Source: Candidatus Hadarchaeum sp.
Lineage (GTDB): Archaea; Hadarchaeota; Hadarchaeia; Hadarchaeales; Hadarchaeaceae
DNA length: 26,030 bases
Direction of reading: 5' to 3'
Assembly (NCBI RefSeq): GCF_049969415.1
Contig: NZ_JBMFOX010000017.1
Location: forward strand, 1-26,030
Shown here: piece after piece, positions 9,380-16,019 of the stretch
How the letters are laid out: each line of letters opens with the position of its first letter
Position numbering within the stretch: position 1 is the stretch's first letter
Notes under the pieces: generated by a model
The model's database searches: none
What the model was told of the DNA's origin: nothing
Seen by the model: only the letters and a program-made list of their open reading frames with translations
Translations under genes and position numbers: made by a program

Positions 9380-9511
9380 TCAGATGTCCTCTTCCCATTC
9401 ATCTTCCGCTAGCGTGCACTCACCATCTGCGTAAAAATCACATTCCTCACAGCACTCATTTCGGTTTTCGCAGTCGTCATAAAGATAGCAGTTTTTACAA
9501 CACTTTGGCAC
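9380..9511 (-). CDS. Small Cys-rich acidic protein (43 aa), putative metal-binding
   Basis: Manual translation MPKCCKNCYLYDDCENRNECCEECDFYADGECTLAEDEWEEDI. GGAGG SD at 9520-9524, TATA-like TTTAAATAA upstream and a T-tract downstream. Below the ORF-track size cutoff. Confidence 0.75.
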   Translation of the reverse strand: MPKCCKNCYLYDDCENRNECCEECDFYADGECTLAEDEWEEDI

Positions 9512-9558
9512 CAACTATTCCTCCAAACTAATTAGGTCGATAAAATTAACTAAATCTC

Positions 9559-9577
9559 GTTATTTAAACATTTCCCC
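9559..9577 (-). promoter_or_regulatory. BRE/TATA-like promoter of the Cys-rich small ORF
   Basis: Minus strand GGGGAAATGTTTAAATAA, about 50 nt upstream of the start codon. Confidence 0.5.
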
Positions 9578-9770
9578 AACGGTTTGGTCTCAACTCACAG
9601 AGAACTAAAACAACACGTAAAAACGCCCGCATACTTGTAGTAAGATGCGTGGGTTAACGGGTGTTCTCACCACAATCGTGCCGATGCATTTCTGCAGCCG
9701 CTTTTAGTGGGACAAATTAAAGTTATTAGTGTCTATTATTAGAAAAAGGTTTCAAAAAAACCGGGGAACA

Positions 9771-10586
9771 TCAAAACGCCGGTATTTCCAATGTCTTCTT
9801 TTCGGGCAGCAAAGATTGGATTTGCCGGAGCAATTCATAGGATTCTCGTGGTATGATCCATTTTACGCCACGAGCATCCTCGGGGCTGGCCTGTAAAATG
9901 GAAAAATCATCTAATCGCCTCGGGTCAACCGGAACTGAAACTAAGCCGGTCTCCGGATTCAAGCTCATCGGCGTTAACAAGAGGCCTCGCTTGACCCGAA
10001 GCTCAGAGAGGAGGCAGGTTTGTTTTCCTCTGTTGAGCTTTATTGGGGAATCAACGCCTTGGACGGAGACGCCCAAATTTTGGTCAATCAAATAGCTCAC
10101 AACATAATTCGTCAGGCTTCTCTGCATATCTCTAAGAACCCCAACACCACTGGACCAAGCCTCAAAAGGAATCGCCTCCAAAGGGATGATTAAATCAAAA
10201 CCCAATCCTCCTGAATATTTCACCCATGGCTCTGGAGCCCCCACCTCATCAAGGGCCTTTACTATCCAAGAAGTGATTTCTCTGGCAAACCTTAATCCGC
10301 TCTCTGACCGCGTTGTCCAAACCAAATCAGAACCGATCGGGTTGCTAAAGTCGTCTAGATAATATCTCCAGTAGGAAGCATAAAACGCGGTTGCGCCGGC
10401 CGCCAAAACTCGGTCGATGTCTGACGGTTCCTCCAAACTGATTGGGTTTCGTTGCTCTGGGCTCAAGTACCGCTGAATGCTCCTTGTTTTTTGATTGTAA
10501 ACGGCGCACTCACGGACGCCGGTGCTTCCACTAGCACTCGTGAAGTCCAAAATGGCGCGTCTCACGTCTTGGCGTTGGTAGTACAT
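9771..10586 (-). CDS. Archaeo-eukaryotic primase (AEP/PriS/Prim-Pol)-like protein with degenerate catalytic motifs
   Basis: YY.R.DV..AI..F, DLVW (motif I position), VKYSGGLGFD (compare KxSGxxGxH) and TPMSLNPETGLVSVPVD (compare PxSLxxxTGLVSVP). ATG 10586 has GGGGAG SD; in-frame alternatives are 10682 and 10715. Confidence 0.65.
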   Translation of the reverse strand: MYYQRQDVRRAILDFTSASGSTGVRECAVYNQKTRSIQRYLSPEQRNPISLEEPSDIDRVLAAGATAFYASYWRYYLDDFSNPIGSDLVWTTRSESGLRFAREITSWIVKALDEVGAPEPWVKYSGGLGFDLIIPLEAIPFEAWSSGVGVLRDMQRSLTNYVVSYLIDQNLGVSVQGVDSPIKLNRGKQTCLLSELRVKRGLLLTPMSLNPETGLVSVPVDPRRLDDFSILQASPEDARGVKWIIPRESYELLRQIQSLLPEKKTLEIPAF

Positions 10587-10596
10587 TGGTCTCCCC

Positions 10597-10648
10597 AACC
10601 GGTGTTTGGGTGGGTGTCTTTTAAAACCGGTTTTGGGGTGGGGGGTCT
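10597..10648 (+). repeat. Two imperfect G-rich direct repeats; the second overlaps the palindrome AAAACCGGTTTT
   Basis: AACCGGTGTTTGGGTGGGTGTCT (10597-10619) and AACCGGTTTTGGGGTGGGGGGTCT (10625-10648). Palindrome at 10623-10634. Confidence 0.55.
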
Positions 10649-10673
10649 CCGAAAGTATTCCCGTAGCAACCAA

Positions 10674-10693
10674 CCCCCCCATTTCCACTGGAG
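10674..10693 (-). promoter_or_regulatory. ORB-like element (Orc1/Cdc6 origin recognition box candidate)
   Basis: Minus strand CTCCAGTGGAAATGGGGGGG matches the archaeal ORB core TCCAGTGGAAA plus a G-string, flanked by an AT-rich stretch (10694-10750). Only one copy was seen. Confidence 0.5.
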
Positions 10694-10730
10694 AATAAAG
10701 TATAATAGAAATCAAAAGTTATGTTACATT

Positions 10731-11150
10731 ATGCACATAAACAAAACCCAAAAGGAGTTCGATAATGGTTGGGTTGTGGGTTTTATTGAAAGTGAAGGCG
10801 TTTTTACTATAAACACGATAAAAATAAGGAAAAAAACCAAAAAAGGGCAAAAAAATTACCAATATCACAATCCGGCATTTTATCTAGTCAGCCGTGACCG
10901 TTCGGCACTGGAAATAGTAAAGCAGATTTTAGGTATGGGGAAAATAAATCGGCACGGAGTAATTTTTCATCTCAACATCCGACGCAAGGACGAATGCATT
11001 GCTTTGGTAAATTTTTTAGAGGGACGACTAAAGTCCGCTTTTCGCGCCGAACAGTTTGAAAAATGGCGCCAGCTGGTTTTGGAGTGGAAATTAAGGGCGT
11101 GGGGAGAAGGCGAGACCACCGCCGCGCCACCAAGTTCACAAGCTTTTTGA
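10731..11150 (+). CDS. Free-standing single-motif LAGLIDADG homing-endonuclease-like protein (139 aa)
   Basis: GWVVGFIESEGVFTI (LAGLIDADG helix), basic beta-hairpin, D...LE.VK..LGMGKI and L..FLEG.LKS...AEQFEKW. ATG at 10731 is in frame with ORF-track ORF 10452-11150. Confidence 0.8.
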   Translation: MHINKTQKEFDNGWVVGFIESEGVFTINTIKIRKKTKKGQKNYQYHNPAFYLVSRDRSALEIVKQILGMGKINRHGVIFHLNIRRKDECIALVNFLEGRLKSAFRAEQFEKWRQLVLEWKLRAWGEGETTAAPPSSQAF

Positions 11151-11181
11151 TGTTACCCCGCCCATTTCGTAAGGGGAAGAG

Positions 11182-12174
11182 ATGAAACCCATTGATATTG
11201 TCCTGCGGGGCGTGGCTGAGGCAGTTACTGTTGGGGAGTTGCGTCAGCTCCTCGCCGGCGAAAAATTTTCCGCTTATTGTGGCTACGAGCCGTCGGGCAA
11301 GGTTCACTTCGGGCATGCGCTTACCGTTTCAAAGCTCATTGATCTCCAGCGAGTTGGGGCTCGCGTCACAGTGCTTTTGGCCGACTTGCACGCGTTTTTG
11401 AACCACAAGGGAACCTTAGAGGAGATCCGGAGGATAGCCGAATACAACAAGCACTGCTTTATTGCCTTAGGGTTAGACCCGAAACAAACCAACTTTGTGC
11501 TCGGGTCCAGCTTTCAGTTAAAACCAGAATATGTGTTGGACGTGCTGAAAATGGCCACCAACACCACCATCCTCCGGGCCCGCCGTGCTATGGCAGAGAT
11601 AGCACGCCAGATCAAGGACCCCGATGTTGCGCAGACAATTTATCCGCTCATGCAGTCGGTTGACATCGCCCACTTGGGTGTTGACATCGCCGTTGGTGGA
11701 ATAGACCAGCGCAAGGTTCATATGGTGGCACGGGAAATGCTGCCAGAACTTGGTTATAAGAAACCGGTATGCATTCACGTTCCGCTGCTGCACGGTCTTG
11801 ATGGTGAGGCAAAGATGTCTTCGAGTAAGGGCAATTTTATTGCAGTCGATGATGATCCTGCCATGATAAAACAGAAGGTGGCGAAGGCTTTCTGCCCCCC
11901 CAAAATTGTGAAGGATAACCCGGTAATTGAGTACGTCGAGTATTTTGTTTTACCTGCGTTGGGCAAGCTGAGCGTTGACAGGCCGGAGAAGTATGGCGGG
12001 CCGCTCGAGATAGGTGACGCGGCCGAGCTTAGGAAAATCTATGCCGCAGGAAAGCTCCATCCAGCAGATCTTAAAACCGCTTTGGCCGAATCGCTCGTGA
12101 AGCTTTTGGCCCCGGTTAGGGAGTACTTCGACAAAAACCCTTGGGCCAGGCTTGAGTCGCAGAACCGACCTTAA
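11182..12174 (+). CDS. tyrS: Tyrosine--tRNA ligase (archaeal type)
   Basis: YCGYEPSGKVHFGH (HIGH), LADLHAFLN, YPLMQSVD, GGIDQRKVH, KMSSSKGN and LHPADLK. Confidence 0.96.
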   Translation: MKPIDIVLRGVAEAVTVGELRQLLAGEKFSAYCGYEPSGKVHFGHALTVSKLIDLQRVGARVTVLLADLHAFLNHKGTLEEIRRIAEYNKHCFIALGLDPKQTNFVLGSSFQLKPEYVLDVLKMATNTTILRARRAMAEIARQIKDPDVAQTIYPLMQSVDIAHLGVDIAVGGIDQRKVHMVAREMLPELGYKKPVCIHVPLLHGLDGEAKMSSSKGNFIAVDDDPAMIKQKVAKAFCPPKIVKDNPVIEYVEYFVLPALGKLSVDRPEKYGGPLEIGDAAELRKIYAAGKLHPADLKTALAESLVKLLAPVREYFDKNPWARLESQNRP

Positions 12175-12259
12175 TTGAATTTTGCTCCAGTTGGCGTTTT
12201 TATGGCACAAATTTGGCTTTTTAAAGCAGAGTACCATAAATAAATGTCGGGGGCAGGGC

Positions 12260-13084
12260 TTGCGGTTCAAACCGCGATCGATTGCGATAACTTCAGGCAA
12301 GGGAGGAACGGGCAAAACAACGCTGACGGCCAACCTTGGCGTTGCTTTGGGCGCGCTGGGCAAGGATACCACAATTTTGGACGGAGACCTCGCTATGGCC
12401 AACCTAGCGATAGTGTTGGGTATGCACAAATGCGAGCGTTCTTTTTTGGATGCCTTGACCGGCGAGGCCGAGGTTAAGGATGTCATTTACAGAAACTATG
12501 GGATTAAAGTCGTGCCAATGGGCTTTCGCTTCGAGGACGCGCACGAGGTGCTCACCAAAGTGAAGCGCGACCGGGTTGAGGAAATCATAGGTGAGCTCCT
12601 CAGACAGACGGAATTTCTTCTCATCGACGGTGCGGCAGGAATCCAAGATGCTACGATTATTTCCATCGCAGCAGCCAGGGAGATGATACCCGTCTGTAAC
12701 CCGACTTACACCAGTCTGGTCGATGCCTACAAAATTGTTAGGTTGGCCAACGTTTTGGGTTCATGGACCCGCGGCGTGGTGGTGAACCGCACTGGAAAGA
12801 GAGCCGACCTTTCCACAGAAGAAGTGGAAACTTTTATGAGCCGTGCGCTTGGTGCCATGCCTATTTTGTCCGAGATACCGGAGGACCCGAAAGTTCAGGA
12901 GGCAGAACTTGCTGGGATTCCTGTCGTGGTATATGAGCCAGATTGCGAAGCTTCGGTGACGATAGGTAACTTGGCGAAGCTAGTGGCGGGAGAGGCGAAC
13001 CTACCCTATGTGCCCTATGAGGAACGTGCGATTGCCGAGACCACTGCTAGATTGGTCCGCGCTTTAACCGGCCGCACCATTTGA
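12260..13084 (+). CDS. minD: MinD/ParA-family ATPase (archaeal MinD-like)
   Basis: Deviant Walker A SGKGGTGKTT, LDGDLAMANL, LIDGAAG, VVVNR and IPEDPKVQEA. TTG 12260 is the likely start; the ORF track gives 12182. Confidence 0.85.
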   Translation: MRFKPRSIAITSGKGGTGKTTLTANLGVALGALGKDTTILDGDLAMANLAIVLGMHKCERSFLDALTGEAEVKDVIYRNYGIKVVPMGFRFEDAHEVLTKVKRDRVEEIIGELLRQTEFLLIDGAAGIQDATIISIAAAREMIPVCNPTYTSLVDAYKIVRLANVLGSWTRGVVVNRTGKRADLSTEEVETFMSRALGAMPILSEIPEDPKVQEAELAGIPVVVYEPDCEASVTIGNLAKLVAGEANLPYVPYEERAIAETTARLVRALTGRTI

Positions 13085-13092
13085 AGACATTT

Positions 13093-13434
13093 TCAAGGCA
13101 CAAGGCCCGTTAGCAGAGCTGCCGCAATGATGAAGACCAACCCAGCAATGAGAAAGCTGACTGCGATGCCGAACTTGGGTAGAGTCAGGTAAAGCGAAAT
13201 GGCGAAGAAAACATTTGAGACCATTGCCAAGACCACGCCCCGCGACAGCTCAGCTGCAGAATCTAGACCTCGGTGCAAATACTCCAGGAAGATTACCGCC
13301 GCAGTTCTAATTGGGGCCCCGGCTAGGATGCCTCCTGCGGTTGGCCCCAGCAGGGACGCCACTAGCAGCGCTCCGGAAACCAGAATTCCACCAACGATGA
13401 AGTCAAATAGAACGTACCTCACGCTTAGCTTCAT
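13093..13434 (-). CDS. Small four-helix membrane protein (DUF3147-like)
   Basis: 113 aa, highly hydrophobic, with a GGILAGAP motif. Family assignment is tentative. Confidence 0.6.
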   Translation of the reverse strand: MKLSVRYVLFDFIVGGILVSGALLVASLLGPTAGGILAGAPIRTAAVIFLEYLHRGLDSAAELSRGVVLAMVSNVFFAISLYLTLPKFGIAVSFLIAGLVFIIAAALLTGLVP

Positions 13435-13534
13435 TTATCAAAACCTCCAATCTTTTTCATTGTTTTTGACCTTAAGTCTCTTTGTCAGGCACTCTGGTCA
13501 GTGTTTTTTATTTTAATCCAACGCCTTCAGTATT

Positions 13535-14590
13535 GTGGTCGAACTTTCCATTATAGTCCCAACTTATAATGAGGCAGAAAATTTAGAGCAGCTGGTCAGC
13601 GGCATTTTTAAATCGCTGCAGGGTCGAGATTTTGAGCTAATAATCGTGGATGACAATAGCCCGGATGGAACGGGAAAGCTGGCTGATGAGCTGGCCCAGC
13701 AACACAAAAATATTAGGGTCGTTCACAGGCCGGGAAAGCTGGGTCTGGGTACGGCTATACTTGATGGTATGGCTTTTGCCCGCGGAGAAATCATCGGCGT
13801 TATTGATGCAGATTTGCAGCACCCTCCCGGGGTGCTGAGGAAGATGTTGGAGCGAGCCGAAGGTGGGGCCGACATAGTGGTGGCGTCACGTTACGTTCAT
13901 GGTGGAGGTGTTGAGGGCTGGTCGCTGGTGAGAAAAATAGTTTCCAAAGGCGCGCTTTGGCTGTCTCACCTTTTTTTGCCCCAAACCAAAAACGTTAAGG
14001 ACACTCTTTCAGGTTGTTTTCTCTTCAGAAAGAAGGTGGTCAAGGGAGCCTCGATTGATGTTAAGGACTTCAAGTTGCTCATTGAAATTCTGGTTAAAGG
14101 AAAATATGAACGGATCGTTGAGGTCCCGTATATCTTCCGGCCTAGGGTCGCGGGTAAAAGCAAGCTGGGCGCAAGGCAGATATTCAGTTACATGAAGCAG
14201 CTGCTCCGGCTTTCAGAATACAGAATATTGAAGTTCATGGCGGTGGGAGTTTCAGGCATATTTGTCAATAATGGAATACTTTGGCTGCTGGTTGCGTCGT
14301 CGATTCTTCCCCCACTTTTTGCCGAGATATTTTCGATTGAGGCGTCAATTCTCAGCAACTTCATCTTGAACAATTTCTGGACATTCAAAGGCAGGGCTTC
14401 CGGAGGGATTATTTACCGCTTGTTGAAGTACCACGGATCGGTGTTGGTCGGGGCCGTTGTCAACTACGTGGTTTTTGCGTTGCTGTTGTCTTTAGGTTTG
14501 CATATATTAGTGGCGAATACCATCGGCATCCTGATCGGTTTTATTTTTAACTATCTCTTAAGCGAGACATTTGTCTGGAGGTGGGTGTGA
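13535..14590 (+). CDS. Dolichol-phosphate mannosyltransferase-like GT2 with C-terminal GtrA-like membrane domain
   Basis: IVPTYNEAEN, VDDNSPDGT, IDADLQHPP, ASRY and D..SG. C-terminal KF..VG..G..VN and NF.LN..WTF are GtrA signatures. Confidence 0.9.
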   Translation: MVELSIIVPTYNEAENLEQLVSGIFKSLQGRDFELIIVDDNSPDGTGKLADELAQQHKNIRVVHRPGKLGLGTAILDGMAFARGEIIGVIDADLQHPPGVLRKMLERAEGGADIVVASRYVHGGGVEGWSLVRKIVSKGALWLSHLFLPQTKNVKDTLSGCFLFRKKVVKGASIDVKDFKLLIEILVKGKYERIVEVPYIFRPRVAGKSKLGARQIFSYMKQLLRLSEYRILKFMAVGVSGIFVNNGILWLLVASSILPPLFAEIFSIEASILSNFILNNFWTFKGRASGGIIYRLLKYHGSVLVGAVVNYVVFALLLSLGLHILVANTIGILIGFIFNYLLSETFVWRWV

Positions 14591-14599
14591 GGTGAAAAT

Positions 14600-15946
14600 T
14601 TGCGGTTGTTAAGAGTAGGCCAATTAGACGAAAGGCGGACCATATGCATAATAATCGCAGTTGCGTTGGCTGCCGCTTTTGTTTTTTTCAGCGTGGATCT
14701 TGCCGCGCGCATGCAGGGAACTTCTGGTTATGTTGCGGATGAAACTTGGTACGTTATTTCCGCCAGAAACATCTTGAGGGAAATTTTCGGTGTTCAGCCC
14801 AGATATATTGATTCTGAAGGCAGGCAAAATTACACCGTTTTTTTCAGATCTTATGCGGCTTTAAAAGAAGATAATCAACGGTTCATAGACTTTATTGAGG
14901 CCAACTTTGGTGGGGTTGTAATTAAGGATTATGAAAAAGTGGCCGCTATTTCAGTGGCTACGGTCAAAGAGTTAAATCGGAGCGCGGTTTCGGAAGCTTT
15001 TCCCCAGGTCAAACTAGTCCAGAGCGGGTATTGTTATCCGGATGTTTCCGGTGCTGACACTTACATGAACGCCGAGCACCCACCACTGGCAAAATACCTA
15101 ATTGGGGCTTCAATGCTCCTCTTTGGCGACCAACCAATGGCGTGGAGAATACTAGGTATTTTCGCTGGTGCCTTGGCCCTCTTGGTGACTTACTTTTTCG
15201 TCGCGCGGTTGTTGAATAATGAGGTTGCGGCGCTTCTGGTCTTTCCACTTGCTCTCGCCGACCCCATCCTAAGGGCGATGTCATCGGTGGCCATGCTTGA
15301 CATTTACGTGGTTTTTTTCCTGTCCCTTTCCATGTGGTTTGCGCTGCGCAGAAGTTACTTTTTATCGGCGGTTTTCATAGGGTTGGCTTCGGCTTCGAAG
15401 TTCACCGGTGTTTTTTCAATCGCGGCACTTTTCCTATTCATGTTGTTTCGCAGAGCCGGAGTCAAAAAAACGGTGTTTTATCCTTTTTTAGTTCCTCTTA
15501 TAATTTGGTTGGGTCTTAACTCGCCCCTGATAATAAAATGGGGGATTCAGGGCTGGTTGAGGGAGATTCAAACTGGCCTGAATTGGTTTTTGACCTCAAG
15601 GCCTCCCGGGCCGGCGGTTTCCGATCCTTGGGGTTGGTTTGTGAACCAGAACCCCTTTACTTTGAATCTCAACCCAGACGTTGCCGCGGCCGTCAACCCG
15701 GCAGTTTACCTTTTGGGTCTGGTTTCTTTAGTGCTCACACCATACTTCGCTTACAAGTCTAATCGCGACGTCATAATCCCGGCCCTTTGGTTTTTGTTTA
15801 CCTTTCTTGGTTATGTTTTGGTTTACATTCTCGGGAACAGGACCATGTACAGCTTTTACGTTGTGACACTTTCTGTGATGGCTTATGCCTTAGCGGCGGC
15901 TTTTTTGTTTTACATTTTTACCGTTTTAGAGAGACACTTCAAATAA
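14600..15946 (+). CDS. GT-C glycosyltransferase, protein O-mannosyltransferase (PMT/GT39)-like
   Basis: N-terminal TM followed by YVADETWY (DE motif), EHPPLAK, AWR, MLD and GLASASKFTG, with multiple TM helices. Confidence 0.8.
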   Translation: MRLLRVGQLDERRTICIIIAVALAAAFVFFSVDLAARMQGTSGYVADETWYVISARNILREIFGVQPRYIDSEGRQNYTVFFRSYAALKEDNQRFIDFIEANFGGVVIKDYEKVAAISVATVKELNRSAVSEAFPQVKLVQSGYCYPDVSGADTYMNAEHPPLAKYLIGASMLLFGDQPMAWRILGIFAGALALLVTYFFVARLLNNEVAALLVFPLALADPILRAMSSVAMLDIYVVFFLSLSMWFALRRSYFLSAVFIGLASASKFTGVFSIAALFLFMLFRRAGVKKTVFYPFLVPLIIWLGLNSPLIIKWGIQGWLREIQTGLNWFLTSRPPGPAVSDPWGWFVNQNPFTLNLNPDVAAAVNPAVYLLGLVSLVLTPYFAYKSNRDVIIPALWFLFTFLGYVLVYILGNRTMYSFYVVTLSVMAYALAAAFLFYIFTVLERHFK

Positions 15947-16019
15947 TTCTTAACATTTTCGCCTATAGACGAAAGTTTGGCTTGGGTTTTTCCCTTTTTA
16001 AAGGGCCAAAGCGGTCGTT

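Noticed and set aside
9512-9770. tRNA or additional ORB copies in the large intergenic region
   Set aside because: No cloverleaf/TTCGA T-loop and no TCCAGTGGAAA-like core were found by eye.
10452-10730. N-terminal 93 aa of the 232-aa ORF 10452-11150
   Set aside because: It overlaps the AEP-like gene antisense and the spacer. LAGLIDADG-like sequence begins only after ATG 10731.
9771-11150. Integrated plasmid/virus or IS element
   Set aside because: No integrase, transposase, helicase, terminal repeats or att-like duplications are visible.
10731-12174. LAGLIDADG as an intein or intron of tyrS
   Set aside because: It has its own start and stop, no C/S...HN intein termini, and tyrS is intact and uninterrupted.
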